64,000 nucleotides of DNA from the IMG/VR virus record IMGVR_UViG_3300030330_002762; one strand, written 5' to 3'. The notes beneath the pieces are model-generated. The model made no database searches, was not told the origin of the DNA, and saw nothing but the letters and a program-made list of their open reading frames with translations. Both the position numbers and the translations under genes were made by a program. Shown in pieces: positions 26,315 to 37,300 of this stretch; positions within the stretch are counted from its first letter, which is position 1; each line of letters begins with the position of its first letter. This DNA comes from an uncultured virus (IMG/VR IMGVR_UViG_3300030330_002762). Lineage: Duplodnaviria > Heunggongvirae > Uroviricota > Caudoviricetes.

Positions 26315-28695
26315 GAACAGAACATTCTATAAATTTTCCATCACAAGCTGTTAGTGATCTAGAAAAAATAAGTGAAGATTATGGTTTAAAAGTTGCTAGA
26401 GCAATTAGACATGAGTGGTTTTCTGGTAGCACTTCTAAGTATGATAACTATCAAAACAATTTTCACAACTTAAGACTTTATGCTAGAGGTGAACAACCTA
26501 TACAAAAATACAAAAATGAATTATCTATTAATGGTGATTTATCTTATTTAAATCTTGATTGGAAACCTGTTCCTATTATTCCTAAGTTTGTTGACATTGT
26601 TGTTAACGGTATGGCTCAAAGAAACTTTGAAATAAATTGTTTTTCACAAGATGAGAAAGGTGTTAGTAAAAGAACAAATTACATGGAGTCTATACTTCGT
26701 GATATGCGAGCTAAAAAATTTAATGAAATAGCACAACAAACTTTTGGTGTAGACTTGTATGAAAATGAAAAAGAAAAACTACCAGATACAGAAGAAGAAC
26801 TTGCATTACACATGCAGCTTGATTACAAACAAGCTGTTGAGCTAGCGGAAGAGCAAGCTTTAAATGTTTTACTAGAAGGTAGTGATTATGATCTTATAAG
26901 AAGAAGATGTTTATATGATTTAACAGTACTTGGTATTGGAGCTACAAAAACTACATTTGATTTTAGCAGTGGAGCTAGAGTAGAATATGTTGATCCAGCT
27001 GATTTAGTTTATTCTTATAGTGAGTCACCATACTTTGAGGATATATACTATATAGGAGAAGTAAAAGAAATACCTATTAATGAATTAGTTAAACAGTTTC
27101 CTAATTTATCAGAGTCTGAGATAAAAGATATAGCAGATAAATATTCATACCCACTAGACTATGTTAACCATAAGGATAAAAATAAAGTTCAGGTTTTATA
27201 TTTTAATTACAAAACTCACATGAATGATGTTTATAAATTAAAAACACTAGGTAGCGGTGCTGAAAGAGTAATTGAAAAAGATGATACATTTAATCCGCCA
27301 GTTGAAAATATGGATGGAGACTTTAGTAGACTAGAGAGAGTTGTAGAAGTTTTATATGAAGGTGTTTATATAATAGGTTCTGATAAAATACTAGAGTGGA
27401 GAATGTGCCCTAATATGATGCGTACAGACTCTGACTTTAGTAAAGTAAAAATGAATTATCAACTAGTAGCACCTAGAATGTATCAAGGTAAAATTGAATC
27501 AATAGTCGGTAGAGTAACTAGCTTTGCAGATATGATACAACTAACGCACTTAAAGTTACAGCAAGTAATGGCTCGTATGGTTCCTGATGGTGTTTACTTG
27601 GATGCAGATGGTTTAGCAGAAATAGATTTAGGCAATGGAACAAATTACAATCCACAAGAGGCTTTAAACATGTTTTTTCAAACTGGTAGTGTTATAGGTA
27701 GAAGTTTTACATCAGATGGAGACGTAAATCCAGGTAAAGTACCAATACAACAAATAAGCAATGGAGTTAATAGTGGTAAAATACAAAGCTTAATAACTAC
27801 TTATAATTACTACTTACAAATGATACGTGATGTAACTGGATTAAACGAGGCCAGAGACGCTAGCACACCAGATCGTAACGCATTAGTAGGTGTACAAAAA
27901 ATGGCTGCAGCAAATTCTAATACAGCTACAAGACATATATTACAATCAATGCTGTACATAACAGCAGAAGTTGCAGAGTGTTTATCTCTTCGTATTGCTG
28001 ATATAATAGAATACTCACCAACTAAAGAAGCTTTTATAAGAGCTCTTGGAGCTCATAATGTTGCTACATTAGATGAAATGAAAAATTTACATCTATATGA
28101 TTTTGGTATATTCATAGAATTAATGCCAGATGAAGAAGAAAAAGCTATATTAGAAAATAACATACAAGTTGCTATAGCTCAAAAATCAATAGACTTAGAT
28201 GATGCTATAGATTTACGTAATGTTAGAAACGTTAAACTAGCCAACCAATTGCTAAAAGTAAAACGTAAAGCTAAAATTGCTAGAGACCAACAAATACAAC
28301 AGCAAAACATTCAAGCTCAATCACAAGCAAATCAACAAGCACAACAAGCTGCTGCTCAAGCTGAAGTTCAAAAAAATCAAGCAAAAACTCAAGCAGAAAT
28401 ACAACTAGAGCAAGAAAAGAATAGATTACAAACTATGTATTTACAGCAAGAAGCTAGTGTTAAAAAAGAATTAATGGCTTTTGAGTTTGAGTTAAATTCT
28501 AGATTAAAAGGAGAAGAAAGAGATTTAGCTAGCAAGTTAGAATCTATGAGAGAAGATAGAAAAGATCAACGTGTTGATAGACAAGCTGAACATCAGAAAC
28601 AAATGATTACTCAAAGAAGTGAGGGTGATTCACTTAAAAAGTTTGAGTCATCAGGTAATGATATAGTTACAGGAGACGCAGGTTTAGACTTGTAG
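26311..28695 (+). CDS. Portal protein
   Basis: Follows TerL; PIIPKFVDIVVNG, GLNEARD, Q-rich C-terminal coil typical of podoviral portals. Confidence 0.85.
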   Translation: MRTEHSINFPSQAVSDLEKISEDYGLKVARAIRHEWFSGSTSKYDNYQNNFHNLRLYARGEQPIQKYKNELSINGDLSYLNLDWKPVPIIPKFVDIVVNGMAQRNFEINCFSQDEKGVSKRTNYMESILRDMRAKKFNEIAQQTFGVDLYENEKEKLPDTEEELALHMQLDYKQAVELAEEQALNVLLEGSDYDLIRRRCLYDLTVLGIGATKTTFDFSSGARVEYVDPADLVYSYSESPYFEDIYYIGEVKEIPINELVKQFPNLSESEIKDIADKYSYPLDYVNHKDKNKVQVLYFNYKTHMNDVYKLKTLGSGAERVIEKDDTFNPPVENMDGDFSRLERVVEVLYEGVYIIGSDKILEWRMCPNMMRTDSDFSKVKMNYQLVAPRMYQGKIESIVGRVTSFADMIQLTHLKLQQVMARMVPDGVYLDADGLAEIDLGNGTNYNPQEALNMFFQTGSVIGRSFTSDGDVNPGKVPIQQISNGVNSGKIQSLITTYNYYLQMIRDVTGLNEARDASTPDRNALVGVQKMAAANSNTATRHILQSMLYITAEVAECLSLRIADIIEYSPTKEAFIRALGAHNVATLDEMKNLHLYDFGIFIELMPDEEEKAILENNIQVAIAQKSIDLDDAIDLRNVRNVKLANQLLKVKRKAKIARDQQIQQQNIQAQSQANQQAQQAAAQAEVQKNQAKTQAEIQLEQEKNRLQTMYLQQEASVKKELMAFEFELNSRLKGEERDLASKLESMREDRKDQRVDRQAEHQKQMITQRSEGDSLKKFESSGNDIVTGDAGLDL

Positions 28696-28729
28696 TTTCT
28701 TAATTTTTAATATTTTATAAAATTTTATT

Positions 28730-29914
28730 ATGACAGAAGAAAATAAAGATGTTGTTGAGGAAGTATCTCAAGAACAAGTTGAGTCACCTGTGGAAGAGGT
28801 TGCTCAAGAAATAGATGAATCAAAATTTAATAGTGCTGGAGATGATAGTATAATTAAAGTTGATTTAGATAGAGCACCTACACAAAGCGAAGAGGTTGAG
28901 CAACAACCCGCTGAAAAAGAGGTGGAAGTGGCAGAAGAGCCAGCTACAACAGAGCAAGTTGTTATGGAAGAAGTTGTTGAAACAGAACCAGAACAAAAAG
29001 TTGAAGTTGAACAACAAGAAGTTGTTGAAGAAGTCAAAGAGGTTGTTGAAGAAGCTGTTAAAGAATCTCAAGCCACTAGCAAACCACTGCCTGAAAATGT
29101 ACAAAAGTTAGTAGACTTTATGGAAGAAACAGGTGGTGATCTTGAAGATTATGTAAACTTAAACAGAGACGTTTCCAAGATGGATAACTCTGATGTACTT
29201 GATGAATATTATCGCGCTACAAAATCTCATTTAACCGCAGAAGAAAGAGGTTTTTTATTAGAAGAAACTTTTGGTTACAATGAAGATGAAGACGATCCTA
29301 AAGATATCAAGAGAAAAAAAATAGCCCTCAAAGAGCAAGTTGCCGAGGCTAAAGCCTATTTAGACGGGCAAAAGTCTAAGTACTATAAACAAATTAAGTC
29401 TGGTGTTAAACTCACTGAAGAGCAACAGCAGGCTATAAATTTTTATGAAAAGTACAACAAAGAAAGTCAAGAGCAAGCAAGTTTATCTGAAGCTAGTAAA
29501 AAAATATTTTTAGATAAAACTAATAATTTATTTAACGACAAATTCAAAGGTTTTGAATACAATGTCGGTGATAAAAAATATAGATTTAACGTTAAAGATG
29601 TTAATAAAGTAAAAGAGACGCAAAGTAATCTTAATAATCTTATCAACAAGTTTGTTGGTAAGGATGGTGTATCACTAGAAGATGCGGCAGGTTACCACAA
29701 ATCTTTATTTACCGCTATGAACGCTGATGCTATTGCTAAGCATTTTTACGAGCAAGGCAAAGCAGATGCTACAAAAGATAGAGTTGCTAGAGATAAAAAT
29801 ATTAACTTAGAGCCTAGAAAAACATTTGGCGAAACAAACGTCGGTGGTGTTAAGTATAGAGTTTTAGGTGATAGTGCTAATGACTATAAATTTAAAATTA
29901 AAAAGAAAAGTTAA
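28730..29914 (+). CDS. Putative scaffold/assembly protein
   Basis: Very acidic N-terminus; between portal and capsid genes. Confidence 0.6.
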   Translation: MTEENKDVVEEVSQEQVESPVEEVAQEIDESKFNSAGDDSIIKVDLDRAPTQSEEVEQQPAEKEVEVAEEPATTEQVVMEEVVETEPEQKVEVEQQEVVEEVKEVVEEAVKESQATSKPLPENVQKLVDFMEETGGDLEDYVNLNRDVSKMDNSDVLDEYYRATKSHLTAEERGFLLEETFGYNEDEDDPKDIKRKKIALKEQVAEAKAYLDGQKSKYYKQIKSGVKLTEEQQQAINFYEKYNKESQEQASLSEASKKIFLDKTNNLFNDKFKGFEYNVGDKKYRFNVKDVNKVKETQSNLNNLINKFVGKDGVSLEDAAGYHKSLFTAMNADAIAKHFYEQGKADATKDRVARDKNINLEPRKTFGETNVGGVKYRVLGDSANDYKFKIKKKS

Positions 29915-29934
29915 TTATTTAAAAAAAATTTATT

Positions 29935-31476
29935 ATGGCAATTACTAATGGGAATTTGCTTAACTTAACGCCCTCGGCAATTAAGCAAAACCTACAAACA
30001 AATTATTTAGATCTTGCTTCTGAGGCTGGCAAAGGCTGGGCTCAACAGTACGTGCCAGACTTAATGGAAAAAGAAGCTGAAGTTTTCGGACCGAGAACTA
30101 TATCAGGTTTTTTATCTCAAGTCGGTGCAGAAGAAGCAATGACAGCTGATCAAGTAGTTTGGTCTGAACAAGGTAGATTACATTTATCTTATAAAGCTCA
30201 AATTACTGACGGTGACGCAGGTACTCACGCTGGTGGTCAAGTTACTCTAGTTAAAGATATAGATAACAAAACTATAGATGGTACTTTATTTAACCATGGT
30301 ATTAGAGTTAATGATACTGTTATAATAGCTTCATCAGAAGCTGTTGTAAAAGCTATTGTTACTAAAACAAATGTTGGTACTAGTAACGTTATTGAAGTTG
30401 CTCCTTATGGTGTAGCTACTTTAAATGCAGCTGGTTTTACTGACTTTAGCTCTAGTGCTGAAGAGTGTACTGTAATGGTTTACGGTTCTGAGTTTAGAAA
30501 AGGTGATGATTACCAAGGAAGTCCAACTAGACAAGCTAACGAACCTTCTTTCAAATCACTTTCTAATAAACCTATTATTATGAAAGATTACTACCAAGTA
30601 TCTGGATCAGATGCATCTAGAATTGGTTGGGTAGAAGTTTCTTCTGAGCAAGGTCAGTCAGGTTATCTTTGGTACTTAAAAGCTGAAGCTGACACAAGAG
30701 CTCGTTTCACTGATTACATTGAAATGGCTATGCTTGAAGCTGTACTTGGTGGTGATGCTTCTGATGTTTTTACTGGAGCTGAAGTTGCTGCTGATGACTT
30801 AGTTGACGATTATTTAGAAGGTGGAACAGCTGCTTACTCTGGTGACTTACATGGAACTCAAGGTTTATTCGATGCTATCGAGTCTAGAGGTCATATAACA
30901 TCTGGTGTAACTGGTGTTAACGCTGCGACTGATTTAGCTGAGTTTGATGCTATACTAGCTGAGTTTGACAAGCAAGGTGCTATTGAAGAGTACATGATGT
31001 TTGTTAATCGTACAACTAGCTTGGCTATAGACGATATGCTTGCTTCAATGAACTCTTACGGAGCTGGAGGTACTTCATACGGAGTATTTGACAACGACGA
31101 AGATATGGCATTAAATTTAGGTTTCTCAGGATTTAGAAGAGGTTCTTATGACTTTTACAAATCAGACTTTAGATACTTAAATGATAAAGCTACAAGAGGT
31201 GGTATCAACGCTGCTGCTGGTTCTAACGCTATTAGAGGTGTACTTATTCCTGCTGGAACTTCATCTGTTTATGATCAAACAGTTGGACAGAGCATTAAGC
31301 GACCTTTCTTACACGTTAGATACAGAGCTTCTCAAACTGATGACCGAAGAATGAAGTCTTGGGTTACTGGTTCTGTTGGAGCTGCTACATCAGCGCTTGA
31401 TGCAATGCAGTTACACTTCTTAACTGAAAGATGTTTAATCACACAAGGTGCGAACAACTTTATGTTGATGAAGTAA
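29935..31476 (+). CDS. Major capsid protein
   Basis: Position, 513 aa, strong GCT/ACT/GGT codon bias, followed by a strong terminator. Confidence 0.85.
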   Translation: MAITNGNLLNLTPSAIKQNLQTNYLDLASEAGKGWAQQYVPDLMEKEAEVFGPRTISGFLSQVGAEEAMTADQVVWSEQGRLHLSYKAQITDGDAGTHAGGQVTLVKDIDNKTIDGTLFNHGIRVNDTVIIASSEAVVKAIVTKTNVGTSNVIEVAPYGVATLNAAGFTDFSSSAEECTVMVYGSEFRKGDDYQGSPTRQANEPSFKSLSNKPIIMKDYYQVSGSDASRIGWVEVSSEQGQSGYLWYLKAEADTRARFTDYIEMAMLEAVLGGDASDVFTGAEVAADDLVDDYLEGGTAAYSGDLHGTQGLFDAIESRGHITSGVTGVNAATDLAEFDAILAEFDKQGAIEEYMMFVNRTTSLAIDDMLASMNSYGAGGTSYGVFDNDEDMALNLGFSGFRRGSYDFYKSDFRYLNDKATRGGINAAAGSNAIRGVLIPAGTSSVYDQTVGQSIKRPFLHVRYRASQTDDRRMKSWVTGSVGAATSALDAMQLHFLTERCLITQGANNFMLMK

Positions 31477-31488
31477 GACTATTTATTT

Positions 31489-31524
31489 ATAAGGGCGGTC
31501 TTGTATCGCCCTTATATTTTTTTT
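31489..31524 (+). terminator. Intrinsic terminator
   Basis: ATAAGGGCG-N9-CGCCCTTAT then T8. Confidence 0.85.
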
Positions 31525-31544
31525 AATTTTTATTATATTATATT

Positions 31545-32378
31545 ATGGCAAAGAAAAAACAAACAACTAAGGTTGAAGAACCTGTAGTTGAAGAAACAAT
31601 AGCTGTTGTAGAACAGCCTAAGGTTAAAGTTCCTGAAATAAAAACTAAACCAACTAATACCTGGGAGATAAAAGATAGAACTTATTTTTTAAAAGGAAGA
31701 AAAAAACCTTTAACAAGAACAATAAGATCTTCTAATATATATTGGTTTGATGAAGAAAAAGGTTATGAAAGAGAACTAAAGTACTGCGCAAATCAAAGAA
31801 CTTGTTTTGTAGACGAGATGACTGGTGATCAAAGACTTGAACACATAACTTTTCAAAATGGTGTTTTATTTGTTCCTAAAAACAAAACAGTTTTACAAAA
31901 ACTTTTAACACTATACCATCCTGCTAACGGTAAAATGTTTTTTGAACACAAACCAAAAGTTATAGCAGAAAATCAACTAGACATACTTGAGATGCAAACA
32001 GATGCTTTAATAACAGCAAGGCAAATGGATATTGATTTAGCTGAAGCTATTATGAGAGTAGAGAAAGGTTCTAGCGTATCCAATATGAGTTCTAAAGAAC
32101 TTAAAAGAGATTTACTATTATTTGCTAGAAAAAATCCTAAATTGTTCTTAGAATTAGCTTCTGATGATAATGTTCAACTTAGAAACTTTGGTATTAAAGC
32201 TGTTGAAGAAGGAATATTAAAACTATCAAGTGATCAAAGGCACTTTACGTGGGGGTCAACTGATAGAAAAATAATGACAGTTCCATTTGATGAGCATCCA
32301 TATACAGCATTAGCACATTGGTTTAAAACCGATGAAGGTATGGAGATATACTCAAATATAGAAAAAAGATTTAATTAA
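31545..32378 (+). CDS. Conserved hypothetical protein of head/tail module
   Basis: 277-aa ORF after MCP. Confidence 0.75.
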   Translation: MAKKKQTTKVEEPVVEETIAVVEQPKVKVPEIKTKPTNTWEIKDRTYFLKGRKKPLTRTIRSSNIYWFDEEKGYERELKYCANQRTCFVDEMTGDQRLEHITFQNGVLFVPKNKTVLQKLLTLYHPANGKMFFEHKPKVIAENQLDILEMQTDALITARQMDIDLAEAIMRVEKGSSVSNMSSKELKRDLLLFARKNPKLFLELASDDNVQLRNFGIKAVEEGILKLSSDQRHFTWGSTDRKIMTVPFDEHPYTALAHWFKTDEGMEIYSNIEKRFN

Positions 32379-32396
32379 TATCTTTTAACTAATATT

Positions 32397-32430
32397 AATA
32401 GCCACTCATTTTGGGTGGCTATTTTTATTT
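32397..32430 (+). terminator. Intrinsic terminator
   Basis: AATAGCCACTCA-TTT-TGGGTGGCTATT then T-rich. Confidence 0.8.
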
Positions 32431-32453
32431 AGGGCTAACCTTTCACTTTATTG

Positions 32454-32465
32454 TGTAATTATATT
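32454..32465 (+). promoter_or_regulatory. Putative late promoter motif
   Basis: TGTAATTATATT directly after a terminator. Confidence 0.6.
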
Positions 32466-32486
32466 ACTATAAAAATATATAGTAAT

Positions 32487-32648
32487 ATGAAGTCAAAAGG
32501 TTTAGGTGATTCTGTTGCTAAAATAACAAAGGCAACTGGTATTAAGTCGTTAGCAGAGTTAGCAGCTAAAGCTGTAGGTGCAAATGACTGTGGATGTAAT
32601 AATAGAAGAAACTGGTTAAATCAAAAGTTTCCTTATAAAAAATATTAA
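32487..32648 (+). CDS. Small hypothetical protein (GLGD..CGC motif)
   Basis: Likely start MKSKGLGD at 32487. Confidence 0.7.
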   Translation: MKSKGLGDSVAKITKATGIKSLAELAAKAVGANDCGCNNRRNWLNQKFPYKKY

Positions 32649-32649
32649 A

Positions 32650-33393
32650 ATGGTAAATATAGATACGGTATATCAAAAAGTTTTATCAATAGCTAACAAA
32701 GAACAAAGAGGTTATATAACGCCTCAAGAGTTTAACTTGCTAGCTAATAAAGCTCAAATGGAAATATTTTCAGAATACTTTTACGAACAAAGTAAATTTA
32801 GAAAAATGTTACCTAACGATACCGTTTACTCTGATAGAGAAGATGATATCCAAGAAAGAATAGATCACTTTGAAAAGTTTATGCAAAATGTTGAAATGAA
32901 CAACGGTGGTAACAACGATGTAGGTATTGGGTTATTACCAGATTATTTTAAAATGGGTAAAGTATATTACGAAAACACTTCTGGTTCTATAGTTGAAATA
33001 GTTCATATTGATCAAAACGATCTTAACAATATAAATAACTCACCACATTTAAAGCCAACAACAAGTAGACCTGTATATGTTAGATTCTCAATTGAACAAG
33101 ATGATAATGTTGGTAGAGAAAGAAGAATAAAGATATATCCTGTTGGAGAATATAATATAGTAAAATGCAATTATATTGCTAAACCTAAAGATCCTAACTG
33201 GGGTTTTGTCGTGGTAAATGGCAAAGCACTTTACAACAGTGATAAGGCTATTCACTTTGAATTACACGCTTCAGAAGAAGAGAATTTAGTTAATAGAATA
33301 CTACAGTTATCTGGAATAATAATAGAGAGTCAAGAGCTATATCAAGCTGCTCTTGTAGACAAACAATTAACTACGCAACAAAAAAATAATTAA
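32650..33393 (+). CDS. Putative tail ring/adaptor protein
   Basis: NKEQRGYITPQEFN..A..AQ; position after capsid. Confidence 0.65.
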   Translation: MVNIDTVYQKVLSIANKEQRGYITPQEFNLLANKAQMEIFSEYFYEQSKFRKMLPNDTVYSDREDDIQERIDHFEKFMQNVEMNNGGNNDVGIGLLPDYFKMGKVYYENTSGSIVEIVHIDQNDLNNINNSPHLKPTTSRPVYVRFSIEQDDNVGRERRIKIYPVGEYNIVKCNYIAKPKDPNWGFVVVNGKALYNSDKAIHFELHASEEENLVNRILQLSGIIIESQELYQAALVDKQLTTQQKNN

Positions 33394-33395
33394 TT

Positions 33396-34325
33396 ATGGG
33401 ATTACTAGATAACCAAACACAACAAAATTATTATACTGGTCTAGGAGAAGATTATGGAAGTTATCAATTTATTAGCCTAGATAGTATAATAGCCAATTTT
33501 ATGATAGCTTATGTTGGTGAAGGCAAAATAATATCAAAAGCTAACAGAACAGACGTGCAGTTTCACGGTATGCGCGCAATACAAGAATTATCTTATGATG
33601 TATTTCGTTCTATTAAGGATCAAGAAATAGAAGTTCCCTCTACATTAAGAATGCCGTTGCCTCAAGATTATGTTAATTATGTTAAGTTGGTTAGGGTTGA
33701 TTCTAACGGTATAGAAAGAGTGTTATATCCAACTGGTAAAACTTCAAATCCGTTTCCTATATCACAGCAAAGTAGTGGTTATTATAATTTTAACACAAGT
33801 AATGATAACCTAAATCAGCAGGGATTAACTAATACCGCTGTTACGCTTACTGACACTAATGAGTACGAACCTTTTAATAGTAACACGCTTGAAGCGTTTA
33901 GTGATCAGACAGAGACTAATGTATATTCAGACGATTCTACTGATTTAGAAATAGATAATAGAGGAAGAAGATATGGACTAGATCCTCAATATGCTCAATC
34001 TAATGGTACGTTTTTTATAGATTTAAGATCTGGATTTATACACTTTGGTTCATCTATAGCTGGTGAAACAATTATATTAAAATATGTTAGCGATAGTTTA
34101 GGCACCGACGCCGAAATGGTCGTGCATAAGTTTTGTGAAGAAGCTTGTTACAAACACATTATATATGCTATATTATCTACTAGATCTAACGTGCCAGAGT
34201 ATATTGTGCAAAGATACAAAAAAGAAAGATTTGCAGAAACTAGAAAAGCAAAAATAAGATTATCAAATATTAAAATAGAAGAATTTACTCAAGTATTAAA
34301 AGGAATGGGTAAACAAATAAAATAA
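33396..34325 (+). CDS. Putative tail ring/tubular protein
   Basis: LPQDYVNYV, ILKYVSD; position. Confidence 0.6.
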   Translation: MGLLDNQTQQNYYTGLGEDYGSYQFISLDSIIANFMIAYVGEGKIISKANRTDVQFHGMRAIQELSYDVFRSIKDQEIEVPSTLRMPLPQDYVNYVKLVRVDSNGIERVLYPTGKTSNPFPISQQSSGYYNFNTSNDNLNQQGLTNTAVTLTDTNEYEPFNSNTLEAFSDQTETNVYSDDSTDLEIDNRGRRYGLDPQYAQSNGTFFIDLRSGFIHFGSSIAGETIILKYVSDSLGTDAEMVVHKFCEEACYKHIIYAILSTRSNVPEYIVQRYKKERFAETRKAKIRLSNIKIEEFTQVLKGMGKQIK

Positions 34326-34329
34326 TAAT

Positions 34330-37300
34330 ATGCCAGATATAAAACACACTTTCACCGGTGGAAAAATGAACAAAGACGTGGACACTAGATTTGTTCCACA
34401 AGGTGATTACAGACATGCGGAAAATGTTCAGGTAAGAACTACACAGGGTGATAGCACTGGAGAGGGTAATTCTGGCTCTGTTCAAAACGTGAGAGGCACA
34501 AGTATTTTAGGTAGTATTAACTTCGACGGGTTTATTAACCCTAATTACGATTGTGTAGGTAGTATTGCTGATGAAAAAAATGATAAAGCTTATTTTTTAT
34601 TTAGAGGTCCAAGTCCAGCTATGGTTACTGGCGAAGGTAAAGCCCCTATAGTATACGCCGATATGATAGCTGAATACAACTTGACTAATAACTTAGAGTT
34701 AGAGCCAGTTTTAGTTGACGTAAAAGGTTATTGGTCTTCTGTATCAGATCTTTTAGACACTGAAAGCGCAGGAACAGCTTATGTAAATATAAACATTAGT
34801 TCGTCTAGCGGTCTTTATGACGCTATAAGGGTGCAAAACGCTGATTCAATTAGAATAGGTATGAGGGTTACTCCTTTAGGTGTTACGTTTAGTGGTGATC
34901 CACAAGTTTTTGTAAAAGATATAATAACTTTTGATGAATCTAATGACTCAAGACTTATACTGTTGAGTGTTCCTCAATCATTAACAACTGGCTTATTACC
35001 TGACTTGGGAAGCGTACTTTTTAGTATGCCAATAAAAGATAGGTTGTTAAATTTTAATCCTCAACAGATTAGTGCTATAAACATTATTGACGATCTACTG
35101 TTTTTTACAGACAATTTTAATGAACCTAAAAAAATAAATATACCAAGATGCAAGGCGGGTACAACTAGTTTTTCTAGTCACACCAAAATGATGGTGACAG
35201 ACCCTAGAGATAGTGATGATATAGTTGATGTTGCTGACGTAGAGTTTATTGGGGTAAGTGACACTAGTTTTTTAAACAATGATTTACTTATTGATAATGT
35301 AACTGTAATAAGAAAACCACCAAAAACTCCACCTTCTATTCACGTTACAAAAAGAGAAGAGATAGATTTGAGTGTACCTGTAGATTTTGTTCCAACAGAT
35401 TCAATGTTAACAGATGGTGGTATTGGCGATATATTAACTTTACAAAGTAATACCTTTACGCAAACTAACTATAAAGTTGGTGATGTTTTAAAAATGCAAT
35501 CGCAAGAAGACCAGTTTTTAAGCCTAACCGTAACTTTCATGTCTTACACTACCGCATTAAGTGTAGATGATTTGGATGAAAGTGAAGAAGATTCTCTTGG
35601 TGTTAACGCGCCTGTTGTAAGTGTTTTAACCCCAACAGACACAATACAAGTTAGTTTAGTTTCTATAAACCTACTAACAGGTGGTGGATTAGACACTACA
35701 GACGATGAATGGATTGTTTCTTTTGATTTTGAAAACGATATAAACCAAAAAAAGTTATTTGAATTAAAATTTCCTAGGTTTGCATATAGATACAAGTACG
35801 ATGATGGTGAGTGTTCTTCTTTTTCTCCATTTTCAGAAGTTGCTTTTTTTCCAGGAGATTTTGATTATGATGTTAAAAAAGGTTATAATTTAGGTATGAC
35901 AAATCATGCTTTTGAGTTGGTTATTAAAGATTTTATACCTATATATACTCATAGAGATTTAGATGTTTCTGCAGTAGATATTTTAGTTAAAACAACAGAT
36001 GATGCTAATGTCTATATTTTAAAAACAATAAAAAGAGGTATTGATCCAGAGTGGGAACTTTTTACAACTGGTGAAGATATTTCTGGTTTTACATTGCAAC
36101 CTACTTTTAAAACAGGTGAGTTAACTTTAACATCAGAAATGATTCACAGTGTTTTGCCAGGTAATCAATTATTAAGAGCTTGGGACAATGTGCCAACAAA
36201 AGCAAAAGCTCAAGAAATGACAGGTAGTAGGTTGTTATTTGCAAATTATACTCAAGGTTATGATTTAAAAAACTCAGTATCTTTAACTCAATCAATTATC
36301 AGTGAAAACACACCTACTTTAAGTAATCCTGAAAGATCTGTTAAAACAAATAGAAGTTACAAGTGGGGTTTGGTTTTTGGTGATAAGTATGGTAGAGAAA
36401 CACCGGTCTTAGATTCTTCTTATATAATTGGAGATGAAACAACTGGTTTTAAAAGCATTACGGGTGACACTGTGGTTCCACAAACATTATGTGCTTTTAG
36501 AAATAGATTTATTATGAAGCAGGATTGGAACGATCCTTCACAACAAGACACCGCTAATCAACCAGATAGCTGGATAGACTACGTAAAATATTACGTAAAA
36601 GAAACAAGCTCTGAGTATTATAATCTTATTTTGGATAGATGGTATTACGCTAAAGAAGAAGAAAACATATGGCTTTCTTTTGATACTTCTGATAGAAATA
36701 AAATAGATGAAGAAACTTATTTATTTTTAAAAGGTCAACATGGTACACCAAAACCAGTAATTGAGAGAGACGCTAGGTATAAAGTTATTGCAATCGAAAA
36801 CGAAGCTCCAATATTTATAAAAACTGAAAATAGAATATTAGGTGATATTAAGTTAACGAATAGTGAAACAGGTGTTGCTTCAGATACTAGCTCCGATCCA
36901 CCAAACAATCTACTAACAGCTAGGAGCATAAACATACCTGGGGATAATACTGGTACATCTACTGCTGGTACTAGTAGTATAGGTTCTTTTTTAAATCAAT
37001 ACAACATTGAAGAAGCTAAAGGTCAATTAGCTTTTAGAATAATTGGGAAAATGATGAGTGGTAGCACTGTAGTTAGTGAGCATAGATTTCACAAGATAAC
37101 ACCTGTGAATAGCGTTCAATGGCAAGGAGGCGATGCATCAAACACATACGTATCTTGGCAAGAACCGCTTGGAAATGAAGTAAACTACGCTAACCATTTA
37201 GCTGATGTAATAGCTAGTGATGATACTCTAGGGTTAGAATATCACATAGAGTTTATTGAGCAAATAGAAGTTAATAAACCAGAGTTTGATGGTAGATTTT